A stretch of DNA of 63,896 nucleotides, the filler included, from Cercozoa sp. M6MM (Eukaryota; Protista; Endomyxa: Ascetosporea): assembly GCA_040357565.1 (NCBI GenBank). It is 11 parts of 11 records of this genome, joined end to end, with 100 filler letters (N's around TTAATTAATTAA, not from the genome) between each part and the next. Parts side by side here need not be neighbours in the genome. Positions count along the whole stretch, not along the records: positions 46,122 to 61,337 come from JBDODJ010000310.1; positions 61,438 to 63,896 come from JBDODJ010001762.1; 9 more parts are not named here. One strand, written 5' to 3'. The notes beneath the pieces were generated by a model. The model worked only from the letters and a program-made list of their open reading frames with translations, was not told the DNA's origin and did not search any database. This document shows positions 48,279-63,896 of the stretch, in pieces; positions within the stretch are counted from its first letter, which is position 1, and every line of letters begins with the position of its first letter. Position numbers and translations under genes: made by a program.

Positions 48279-51177
48279 ATGGTGGCAGACGCGGCAGCTC
48301 TTTACGCAGCCGGGGATGACGATCCGCTGCTCAGTTCAGATTTTACGATGAAGGGTGATTTCAATGAGTCTGCTAACTCAAGCAGCAGCAATCTTGAAGT
48401 TAAAGGTACGAAAAGCACAACTCTTTCTACTAAACGTACGACTGTGTTTGCAGGCAGCATTACTCGCATCGGGGCGAACCTGCGAAGCTTAACTGAGCTG
48501 GGTTCGTCTGCATCGTGGCGAAGAGTACGGCGACTTAATTTGTCGTTGAATGACATCGGAGTTCGAGCTTTGCGCGAAATTGGCGAAATTTCATCTCTGG
48601 AGTCGCTCGATTTGCGTCACAATCGCATACTTGCTTTATCGGACTTGGTAAAGTTGAGCATTTTTACTTGATTTCTGTCACGTTTTGACCTTTAGACCCC
48701 ACTCAAGAAGTGTACGCGACTCCGAGAAGTGTGGCTGCAGAACAATCCATTCTGTGCTTTACCGGGTTGGCGCAGTCGCGTCGCTACGGTCTTGCCTCAG
48801 ATTTACACGATTGACGGAACGTCTGTTCAGAGTCTTCCAAGGCATGTCACAACGGCAGACAGAGAAGAAGTTGCACCCAGTCGCTCTGTCTCAGGAGATG
48901 CAGTTACTCCGAGCGATATTGAGCAAGAAATCGAGCAACGAGTCCGAGAACGAGTTGCCGAAGCAACGAAAACGCTTTGTGATCGTCTTGGAGAAGAAGA
49001 AAAGACCCCAAAGCAGGCGAAACAGGTTGAAACTCAGACCTCCAACGATGACAGAAGAAGCATACCGAAGGAAAACGCGAACTGCGATGAAAACAACTCG
49101 CGAATCGAAGCAATTCTGACTCGTGCAAGGCAGCTTCGTTCGCTCACTTCGCGCAGTGACTCGAGCGTGCAGACTCAGTGTTTGGCCGAGCATGCGAGTA
49201 CGCAGACCAGCCTGCACCAACGCGAATCCACGAGTGTCCAAACAGATCCGTCGGCACAACCCGAAACGCGCGAAAGCAAGAGCGATCCAGAAACTATCCG
49301 TGAGTTGAACAAAGCTCGCAGCAACGCCCACCGTCTCCGACAATCCTATAACGAGCAAAAGCAGCAGCTGGCCCGAGCTGCGACAGCGCTTCGTACTCAA
49401 AGCACCCTGCTCGCCCGAGCACAGCAGCAACTTCACCTGCTCCGACAGAAACACGACAGTTACAGAGAAAGCGCGGAGCGAACGGAGCGAGAACGAGAGA
49501 GTCAGGCCAAGTCTGCTCAAGCGCACCTAGAACGTGAACGAAACTCGCGAGAGGAGTGGCAAAAACAGCAGTGGCAGCAGCAACTTAGTTTGCTGCAGCA
49601 GCGGATGCAACAACGCGAGCAAACGCTCGAGCAAAGACATGTGCAAGAACTGCAGAATCTAGAAACGCAACTGCAACAAGTCACTGAACAGTTGAAGAAC
49701 GCTCAACACGGAGAGCACAATCAATTGCGCTTGCAACTCTCCGAACTTCAGGTACAGAGGAGAGCTTCCTTTCAACTGTCCATCGTTTTTCCTCTTGTGT
49801 GAAACAGCTCGAAGTCAGAGCGCGAGCAGACGAAGCCGAAACAACACAGCGACAAAGCGAAGAAGCTCGCAGTGAAGCTAAGCACTTGCGCCAACAATTA
49901 CAACACTCACTCCAACAAAGCCGGCAACAAACACTCGAGATTCAGCAACTACGTGAGACTGTGCAGAAACTCGAAACCCACAATCAAAGCTGCGACAGTG
50001 CTCACGTCGCGCACAAGCCAAACCAAAACGAGCAACGACTGATCAAAATGGTGAGAGAACTGACCGAAGCTTCACGACAACAGAGTGATCGAGTGAGCCA
50101 ACTGATTCAGCAACGAACTGCGTTGCAAACGCAACTGAAGAAAGCTCAGTTGCTCCATCAACGACAGATTCAACAACTGCATCAACATTTTCTTCAGGCA
50201 AAGCGAAAGCTTGAACAGCAAGCTCACCACCAACGCAGTGAGTTGCAGCAAAAATTCGCTGCGCAACTGCAGCAAGAAAGGCAGCAACAGCAACAGCAAG
50301 CAGACGAAACCGCTACACGCGAGTGTCAACAACTTCGCAAGCAATTGGAATCGCTTCGTGCTGAGCTTTCCGTGAATTCATCAATGCTCAAAGCGCAACA
50401 GCAGGTACAAGTGCCTGAACTTACTACTACAGATCTTGAGGGAGTAAATTGTAAATCATGCAGCGAGGCGACCGTTTGCAGCAACGAAGCGACGAAGCGC
50501 GACGGGAAATTGAGCAAAAGCGCAAACTGTGGCAAAGTGAAAAAGACGAGTTGCTCGAGCAGGTGCAAGCTGCGCATGATGACATGAGCGAACTTGCGAG
50601 CGAGCACAAGGCGCTCCGAAAACGAGCCAAGAAACTCCAGGATGAGCTCGACGCTGCCACGAAGTTTCAAGACGAGCACTCGCAACAACTCGAAGCGCAA
50701 CTTCGCGAAGCACAACAAAAACTCAGCGAACTTCGCCAATCGCTCGAGACGCAAAAGCAGGACTCTGTTGCACTCATCAAATCGCACGAACAGCGACTTG
50801 AACTGACGCGACAAGACATGTTGCGGCAAACAAGGCAACATGTCGAAAGCGAGCTGGCGAAACAACGCAGAGAAATCGCCAGACAAAACGAAGAACTTGC
50901 AAAACAACGCGAAGAACTCGCTAAACAACGCGAAGAACTCTCTAAACAACGCGATGAAACCGACAAACGGCGCGAAGCTGCAGTTGCTGAGATGGAAAAA
51001 CAACGACAACTCCTGCTGCAATCACAAAAACGCGAACAACGAGTGCTTGCGCACGCAAAGCGACTGCAGGCACTGGCGCAACAACTCGGCAACGACAACG
51101 TTGTGTTGCGAAGGCAAATTCAACTGCACAAACGCGCTGCGAGCGTGTTTCAAGCAGCACTCGACTCTGGTGCTTAA
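48279..51177 (+). CDS. N-terminal LRR plus long coiled-coil protein (LRRCC1/centriolin-like architecture)
   Basis: LNLSLNDI, LDLRHNRI, VWLQNNPFC...LPQIYTIDG (SDS22/U2A'-type LRR cap) followed by a long Q/E/R-rich coiled coil. Confidence 0.75.
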
Positions 51178-51244
51178 CTAGCGTTACTGTATTTTACTAG
51201 CAGTCAATTTTATTGTCTGTTCATCCTTCGAGTAAGTTAAGTAG

Positions 51245-52096
51245 TTACACCAGACGGCGGTCGTTGCAATCGGCACGCCGAAGCGCACGTCCGATTTTGC
51301 GTCCAATATTCGTGCCTTGCTGCACCAAAAACATAGAGCACCAGAGGTACAGGACTGTAAGTTGAAAATTAATAAACGCAATTTACCGCCGCAAAACACA
51401 ACACGAGCCACCAACCGAACATTGTCTGTCACGTTCATACGAGGATGTCGGATGATTTATAGGTACAGAGACAAGTATGCGAACGCACAATGCCGATGTA
51501 AGAAGCGTCGCGCAACTCTTCGAACCGTTCGATTTGCATCTTGCGGGCGTCGCTCAGATACAACACTTCGATGAACTCCCATAACGACAAAAAGCCTGCC
51601 GAGAATGTGCCTAGTACAATATTTTTACAACCCTTGGCCGGAGAATACTATGTGTGAGTTGTACTGAACCACGTCGAAGTGAGCAAGCTGCCGTCAGTTT
51701 GATTGCTCTTGGTGTCATCATATGCATCGTCCCACACCATGATGTGGAAAACGAACTGTGTCACCCAGAGTGCGAACAGTATAAATGCCCACGCAATGAT
51801 AACTCCCCGACCGCCGAGCCGCCAGCAAGTCGCCAAGCCACAGCACCCCGCGCAGCAGGCACCGTCGCCGAGTTTTCGGGCACGGTCAGCACTCGAGTCT
51901 CCACCGGTGAACTGAACCGCTGTCGGAACATGTAATCCCGAGCTACCTGCTGTATATTGCGCAGCTCGCACCACTGAGAAAAAGGGTATTAAACTACATC
52001 TCAAACCGCCAGACGCAACAAAAACAGCTTCACCTCAACGGTTGTTTTACCGGGAACAGCGGTAGCAAGGAGCAAAAGAGCAGCAAGTAGCTTCAT
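51245..52096 (-). CDS. Hypothetical membrane protein with signal peptide
   Basis: MKLLAALLLLATAVP start, internal TM (VIIAWAFILFALWVTQFVF); 3' end uncertain. Confidence 0.45.
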
Positions 52097-52415
52097 TTTT
52101 AGTTAACCAACGCTCGGACCGGGTAGGGTCGTTGCACTACTGAGAATGCAAGAAAAGGCGCCGCCTCACTTCGGACTTCGCGGGGTTTCCGTGGCGTGAC
52201 ATGTCACCGCCGCCACGACCCACGAAGCAAGCGACTTGAAATGAGCCACTGACACGCGCAGAGCCTGTCAGACGTGTCAACCTTTGTCAGGTTTACCGTT
52301 ACGAGTCGTGTGAGGATTTTACTATAGTCCTGTATTTCACAGTTACCAACCATCTAGCTGACTGACCGTTGGTGGCAGTTGGAGTCGGGACATGGCAAAA
52401 ACTACAGTTTAAGAT

Positions 52416-53540
52416 TCATGCTTTGAGGGTTCGAAACACCACCTGCAGCAAGTCGTCAGTGATGCGCAACAGTTCTGCATCGCCAGTCGCGCGCCGGGTA
52501 AGTTGCCTCACTGCGTCGACTAGTTGGAAGTCAATGACGCCGAAAGCGTCGTACTGCTTCTGAGCGTCAATTATCATCGCACGGTACTGGACAAAAGCAG
52601 GCGGTGACAGCCGGCGGTGCGCTTCACGAAAAGCCCACCGGGCCTTGCTTTCGATAAGTTTGTCGATCTGCCTACTGTTTTGGCTGTCTGAGCTGAGTTC
52701 TTGCTCAAAGCTTTGGTTCAGTTCCAGTTCGTTGGCGGCTTTAAAGTGAGAAGTTGGCGTTGGACTCTGCGCACGAACCGCATAACTGAGATTGGGTGCA
52801 GATATGACTGGGAAGTACAATAGAGCTGCTTGACTCCGAGTCGACAAGGAAAGCAACTGGCTTCGGTTTTCGGGGAACTGAGCCTCTTCTTGGCACAGAT
52901 TGAGACATGGCTTGACGATTCTTTTTTTCTGAATGGACAACGGCACACACAAACCATGTACTTGGAAGTTTAATACTGTACCAAGCTCTCACTTGGAATT
53001 GAAGTTTAATACTGTACCAAGCTCTGCGTTCACCTGCATAAGCTCAAGGTTCATGGCTCGAACACGCTCGTTCTCAAGTTCTGCCGCTTGTAGTTCTCGG
53101 CGCAGCGCAGCTTCCGCTTCGCGTGCCCGCTCTGCCTCCAATCTGTCGGGAGACGAAGAGGAGTTTCAGTTGCAATCACAGGGCAGATTCGATATTATAG
53201 TTCACCTCGCTTCTTGGAGTTTAAGATTAATTTCTGTCAATCTCGAGAAGCACGCCGCTCGAAGCACCTCCGCTAGTTTGTTCATGCAGGTATCTGCGAA
53301 ACCGAAAAGTGAGTGATCCGTCAGTCCTTGCATAAGGATGACGCATCAAAACAAATCCAGTCTTGGATGCAGCACTAATGTACCTGGCTCGACATTTGCG
53401 AGAACTTGGTGTATCCTTGCAATGACTGGGTCGACATTTGCCGGTCTAGAACCCGAACTCGAGCCCACAGCTTCCTCTCGCCTTGCATCACTTGGAGTTT
53501 CAGTTGCCGAACCAGTCGAGAACGAGCAACGCCCTGCCAT
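52416..53540 (-). CDS. Hypothetical coiled-coil protein
   Basis: Spliceable exons including RLEAERAREAEAALRRELQAAELE and a long final exon. Confidence 0.45.
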
Positions 53541-53603
53541 TGCACAGTGTCGAACAGGCGCTCGACTATAGCAGGGCAACACCAATTGGGAGATGTCGAA
53601 TCA

Positions 53604-54928
53604 ATGCGTTTCTCCAGCAGTGACAGACAACTAAGAAAATTTCAGGTCAACCATAACTTACTTGCAGTCACGGTCAGCGTTTTTCCTCAGACAAACTGCA
53701 TGGATCGGCCTGTTTAGTGTATCAACATCACAGCGCACATACACACAGCTACAGCATCGTTGCTTCGTAAATTGGAGCTGCTGGCTTGCTTACGCCCCGA
53801 CGAAAGATGACTCAAGACAGCTTGCCAGCTCAAAACATCATGTACGACCGAAGAGTTGTGCGTGGCTCAACCTACGCCGCGCGAATGATTCAAATCGAGC
53901 GGTTGCGCCAAGCAGAGGCCGCACGTTTGCGACGTGAGAAGGTGTTCACAGCTTAGCTCGAACATGCAGGTACTGTTTGAAACTGAAATGCAGCTGGAAG
54001 CTCAACGAGAGAAAGAGATTCGACTCGCCAGAAAGCGGGCAGCACGTCGTCGTGCAGCGATGCGGAAGGGCACACCCGAACCAATTGAAGGGAGAAATCA
54101 CGCGACGTTTCAGACTGAAGACGTATGGGAAGAGATCTCTGTCGTCCCAGACGTTAGCGTAATCGCGACACAAACTGACGCCTTCAAAGACCGCCCACCC
54201 GTGCGACTACCCCGCTTTATTCCCTTTCCGGAGGGAATTAGTGTAGCTACGCAGATTGAGCCGGGAGATTTGTTCAACTACGATAGGGAAGTGGCACCTC
54301 TGCTCACAACGCTAACGGGCAAAGTGATCGAGCAGGCGTGGCATGAAGTGTGCGAATTCGAAGAGCTGCGCTTCCTCGATCGGCGGCAGCGTCGCTACGA
54401 GAAACGCCGCGCCCTGCAACTCGCCGCCGCTCAGCGAGTACGAGACAAGGGTACGTGTTCCCGCGCTGTGTGCTTTAATAGTAAATTAAAGCTTGGCCAT
54501 GTTTGCATTATAGTCGAGAGACGCGCGTATGAGAGAAGGATGCGACTCGAAGCGGAAGAAGAACGAAAGGAGCGCGAAAACGAACTGCGGCAACTTCGTG
54601 TCGCTCGCACAATGGCTATGCGTGTTGTCTTTGATGCTTTGGATGAGGTAAACATTACTTTTCAGGATTCAATGCAAGTGTGAGGTCCAACTTTTTCTCT
54701 CAGACACGACACAAACTCGCCCTCCAGCGCGACAGAGACGAAGTTGCGGCTATTTTCGACAAGGATCGCGCCGATACAAGCGCATTCGAAGCGGCATCGA
54801 CAAATGCCTACGAAACACAAGCGCAGGAGTTCTTGTCCCGGGTAGCTCGCGAAAGACCGCCAACTCAAGAAGCAGTCTTGCTGTGCGTGGACAGTATTCT
54901 GCAGGATGCCGCCAACGTTTCTACTTAA
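53604..54928 (+). CDS. RSPH3: Flagellar radial spoke protein 3 (start approximate)
   Basis: NIMYDRRVVRGSTYA, TPEPIEGR, ATQTDAFKDRP, VATQIEPGDLFNYDREV, GKVIEQA. Confidence 0.9.
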
Positions 54929-55053
54929 ATTACTCCAACTGAAGCTTAAACTGAATTCAGCTATTAGTACTGCAGTGTTATGTTCGTTCGAGAGCGCGGT
55001 GTTAGTTCGCTTCACGTAAGTTGTCAAAATTTTAACCGCCGGCTGCTGTTTCG

Positions 55054-59344
<4,291 letters not shown>

Positions 59345-59407
59345 CTTCAAGTTGTGAACTAAATGGACTGCTCAACTTAAAAACGCACACACAAAACACC
59401 CTGCCGT

Positions 59408-60323
59408 ATGTTCAAAGATATCGCTACAAGCGACGAGTACCGGTACGTCTTCGGGCTTCAGCAGAGCTGCAAAGATGATGACTTTTGCTTGGACAGCTTT
59501 GGTCCATTCCGCGCGGACACAATATCATTTTGCTTAATGGACAGTACTGCTGAAAAACTGATGGAAATTACCCCAAAAGGCAGCAATCCGGTGACAGCGC
59601 GACCGACTTCGCTCCAGTCGATACCCCCAGCTCCCTCAGTCTGTGAATTGAAACGCCGTCTGTGTATAGCATAAACTCAAAGCAGTCAAGATGTCACACT
59701 GACATACAGTAGTTTCAGTTGATTCACAGCTACATTTCTTGCGCTGCCCTGTTTACTCCCCTTGTTTTCCCCCCCCCCCCCCCCTGTTTTCCCCACCCCC
59801 CTGTTCACCCTGTTTACTCCCTCCCCTGTTTACTCCCCTGTTTACCCCCTGTTTACTCCCCTGTTTACCCCCTCCCTGTTTACCCTGTTTACCCCCTCCC
59901 AGGTGCCAGTGCGAGCATATGCTACTGCACGCTGCGTCTCATTGAGTTACCCCAACCCCCAACCCCTTTTACCCTCTCCCTCCAGGAGGCCCTGGAGAAC
60001 GAGCTGCGCGACGTCGGTTTCGTCGCGTTGGTTTTTCGCTGGCGGCGCTGTCGGTTTCGTGGACTGTCATGCATGCACTTGTGGTTGGTTTTACCCTGTT
60101 CACCTTTATACACCCTGTTTACTCCCTTGTTTAACCCCTGTTTACCTGTCCCCCCCCGTTTACCTCTCTGTATACCCCTGTTTAACCCCCTGTTTGCCTT
60201 CTGTTTACCCCCCGCACCCCTCTTACTTCCACGCTCTTTACTACACCCCCCACTCAAGTGAGTGAGGCGACTGTCTACATTCTGTACGCATTCGGAGTAT
60301 TGGTTTTCGTGCTGTCCAAATAA
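59408..60323 (+). CDS. Small hypothetical membrane protein
   Basis: Short exons between C-rich introns ending ...VYILYAFGVLVFVLSK-TAA; start uncertain. Confidence 0.35.
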
Positions 60324-60576
60324 GCGACGTGGCCTCGTATTGCGCCCTTACCCCCACCCGCATACTGTACGTATATTTTACTTGCTTTCTCATGCACGCT
60401 TTCCACTCATTTAAACGATGGAAAATGAGTGTTCGATTTGGATTTTTGTCGTTAATTGCACGATTCCGTTCTCTTCGGAATTAAAAACAGTGTACGATAA
60501 CGTACGGTAAGGTAACCGTCGCGACCAAACAAACGAAACGAAAACTCGAACCAAGGCGAGCAACTGTGACGCTACG

Positions 60577-61250
60577 CTAGTCGTTGGCAGGTGCCAGCAC
60601 GTCCGAGTCGTCATCCGAGTCATCCGCGCGGAAGGAGTTGCGTGCCACACCACCTTCAGCGTTGCTGTCAGCCTGAGTGTTGTTGTCATTGTCGTTGCTG
60701 CCATTGTTGCCAGTGTCGTCAGTGTTGTCGTCGGTGTTGTGACTGCCATTGTTGCCAGTGTTGTTGTTGTTGGCAGTGTTGTTGTTACTGTCGATAAAGG
60801 CAGGCGCCAGCACGTCCGAGTCGTCGTCCGAGAAGTCGTCGTCGGGAGCCACCGTGGTCTGCAGTTCCACCTGCGTCGTCCCTGTCAGCGTCACGCCTGC
60901 CTCCGGCGACGGCACCTCCGTTCTCGAGTGCTCTTCGTCCTTCTCGTCCTCGTCCTCAAAGGCTCGGGTCTCTGCTAGAGGGGGTAAGGGGTAAGACGGT
61001 AAGGGGGTGGGAGGGGGGTAAAACCAGTCTCTGGCGAGCACACGGCAGCGAACGGCGAATCCGCGTCTTCGGCATTCGCATGCGACTTGCGGAACGACGC
61101 CTCGGCCAGCTCGAACCTGTGTCCGCGCGGACAGGCACACACACAAACACACATCACACTGACTACACCACAGGTCTCCGCGCGGAAGAATTCAAGCTAC
61201 GGTGACTGGTAGTTGTGCGCAGAGAACACGTCCAGCCGCTCCGCCAGTCT
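60577..61250 (-). CDS. 3' end of a protein with an acidic/Asn-rich tail (partial)
   Basis: Exons ending ...DDDSDVLAPAND-TAG. Confidence 0.5.
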
Positions 61251-61306
61251 GCAGGGGGTAGAGGTGGAAGGGAGTTAAAAGAGTAGGTGTGCGTGCGTGC
61301 GTGTGT

Positions 61307-61337
<31 letters not shown>

Positions 61338-61935
61338 NNNNNNNNNNNNNNNNNNNNNNNNNNNNNNNNNNNNNNNNNNNNTTAATTAATTAANNNNNNN
61401 NNNNNNNNNNNNNNNNNNNNNNNNNNNNNNNNNNNNNTTTTTTTGTGCTGCATAAAGCCTCAGCTGTGCGTCTTCGAGGCTTAATACATCTTAAAGTTAC
61501 GTGAAGCTTCTAAAACCCGCATCTGCGGACTCTGTTTGCCTGTTTTGGGAGTTTATTAATCACCTGCCCGTTTTCCGACCGATCAAGCAAGTCTGCAGTG
61601 GTCACCACCCAGTACTCTCGATCAGTCACTGCGCCAGACATCAACCTTCAATTAGGACTGTGTCTGTCACTGCTGCACTGTATTTTAACAAGACACTGTA
61701 ATCACTGTAGCCGGTACAGCAGCTATTTTTTGACAACCTGCTCGTTGCTGATTGATTTTTCTTGGTATTTTTTTTCAAGCACGATTTTTGAGCGTGGCTG
61801 CGGGAAATTCCCCCGTTTTTAGCCCCATTAAAAAGCACTTCAAAGCATCTTTGTTTTTGTGTTTTTCTTTCATTGCACGCTTCAGCTTATCCGCGTCTGT
61901 TCACAGTTCCATAGCCCAGACTTCAGCTCCACAAA

Positions 61936-63888
61936 ATGACCATTGACCAAGAGTTGTGCTGCGGCTGCTACATTCTGCCGCCGTGTGTCGACGACATCTA
62001 CACGGGCCCGATCTTCCTGCCCCAGGTACGGCAACAGTCGTTTGCTTTCTCACATTCTTCCACCGATAGAAACCGAGCGAAATGTTGGGGTGTGCAGCGA
62101 GGAGCGCAGGTGCGAGCCAAGTTGGTGGATGACTTTGCGTGCGAGGTCAAGCTGACGCTGCAGTTCGAGTACGACGGCGTGTCCCGTGGTCTGCTGCAGA
62201 AGCGTGTCTCAAGTGTCGAAAACGCGCCGGTGTCGCGACTGAAGTACGCACTGCCGCTGGACGAGAACGCCGCCGTGTGCGAGTTCAAGGCCGACATTGG
62301 TGGTCGCAAGCTCTCGGCCAAGGTGCAGGAGAAGAAGCAGGCGCGTCGCACCTTTGAGAAAGCGCTGCGTCAAGGCAAGCGTGCTGCTCTGCTCGAGGTG
62401 TGTTTGGTTTTCTTGGGTTTATTTGCCTGGATCCGTTTGATTCGACCCTGTACGTTTCCCTTAGCGCGACCCCTCGAATGCCGACACGTTTACAGTGGAA
62501 CTGGGTGCCCTGCCAGGCGAGGCGAACTCGCTCATCACGATCGAGGTGACCTACATTGCCGAACTGCGTTTCGAAGGCGATAACACTGTGTTTGAGTTGC
62601 CGACTGCTGTGGTAAATTGCGCTCTGGCTTGTCTGTGCTTTAACAAAATATATTTATGTGCACCTCTTTTGCCAGGCACCGCTGCGCCGCATGCTGGGCG
62701 AGAAGGCTCCCGAGTCGGGCCACTGCGGCAGCATGGCGCTCAACGAACTTGGCGTCGCCACGGCCAAGTCGTCGCCGATGAACCTCGACTTTGAGTTGAA
62801 GGCGGTCACGTCGTCGCCCGTGCAGGACATCCGCGTGGAAGGCGGTGTCGACGGCGCCGAGGTCAACCTGGAGGCCGAGGGCGGTGCCGAGGTGTCGCTC
62901 AAGCAGGCCGAGTTCGGCGGCATGCAGGCCGGCAGTCGCACGCTGCGTGTGCTGCTGCGCCTGGAGGAGACGCAGGCGCAGGGTGCCATCGAGTACTCGC
63001 CCGAACACGAGTCGGTGGCCACGCGTGTCACTCTGTATCCCTCCTTTACCTTTTGTCCTGTATCTCTTTCCCCTTGCCGTTTACCTTTGACCCCTTGTTG
63101 TACCCTTTACCCCTTGACTTACCCTTTACTCCTTGACTTTACCCCTTACCCCTGTCCCCATAACTTTCCCTGCCTCTGCCCTTTACCCCTTGTCTTTACC
63201 CTTCGTGCTGTTCTTTCTAAGATTTACCTTTGCCCTGTATCGCTTGTGTTAGGTGCGCCCGTCAGTTGGAGATCGACGAGGCACTCGAGCTGCCGTGCGA
63301 GCTGATCTTTTTGGTGGACAAGTCGGGCAGCATGTACGGCGATGCCATGAGTTCGGTCAAGGAGACTCTGCAGGTACCCGAGTACCCCTCCACTGTCTTG
63401 TCGAAAACCATGTCGGTCGGTCGTGCAGGTGTTCCTGCGTTCACTGCCGTCGAATGCGCGCTTCAACATCATCGCTTTCGACTCGTCGTACTCGTCGTGC
63501 TTCAGCAAGTCGCAGCCGCTGACGCAGAAGTCGCGCGACGATGCCGATGCTTTCGTGCGCAAGCTGCGGGTGCTTGATCTACCCTCCTCCCACACACATA
63601 CACTTTGTTACTGTCCTCTTGTTGCAGGCTTCGGGCGGCACGGACATCCTGCGACCGCTGCAGAACCTGTTCAAACAGACAGTGGACCCGGCCTACCCTC
63701 GCCAGGTATCATACTCACCGTGTGTACCAGGGGTACCTTAACTGGTACATGCCTGTGTACGCAGATCTTCCTGCTGACGGACGGTCAAGTGAGCAACCGC
63801 GACGCGTGTGTGCGCTGTGTGGCCACGCATGCTGGCGAACAACGCGTGTTCGCCTTTGGTCTCGGCGGTGGCGTCGATCGCGCACTGT
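61936..63888 (+). CDS. VIT + VWA domain protein (VWA5A-like), 3' truncated
   Basis: YALPLDENAAVCEFKADIGGR...VQEK (VIT); ELIFLVDKSGSM (MIDAS), FNIIAF, GGTDI, IFLLTDGQV, RVFAFGLG. Confidence 0.92.
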
Positions 63889-63896
63889 AACTCTCT

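Noticed and set aside
50868-50955. 21-nt tandem repeat
   Set aside because: Coding heptad repeat (REELAKQ) of the coiled coil

Overview
Intron-rich eukaryotic (protist-type) nuclear DNA, not prokaryotic. It consists of 11 small contigs joined by artificial 100-nt N/TTAATTAATTAA/N linkers, so adjacency across linkers is meaningless. Genes are densely packed and split by many short (~45-75 nt) GT-AG introns, which fragments the ORF track; I spliced the models by eye, so some boundaries are approximate. Recognisable genes: TLDc protein, Nudix/Ap4A hydrolase, p24/GOLD protein, proteinase K-like subtilisin, RNA Pol III largest subunit (3' end), VPS13 (5' part), multi-TM RGS protein, RSM22/METTL17-like, METTL18, importin-beta-like, PAP/OAS1-like nucleotidyltransferase, TM9SF, Fe-ADH (3' end), RanBP1, RmlD/MAT2B-like, profilin, Cys-rich surface protein, LRR-coiled-coil protein, RSPH3, class C-like GPCR and a VIT-VWA protein. 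The best leads are: a dispersed repeat carrying a hammerhead-like core; a duplicated structured non-coding motif; a TIR/TSD-bounded MITE filled with the same TTACCCC repeat that expands many introns; splice donors nearly lacking +5G; and two unusual G-protein signalling receptors. No database searches were possible.
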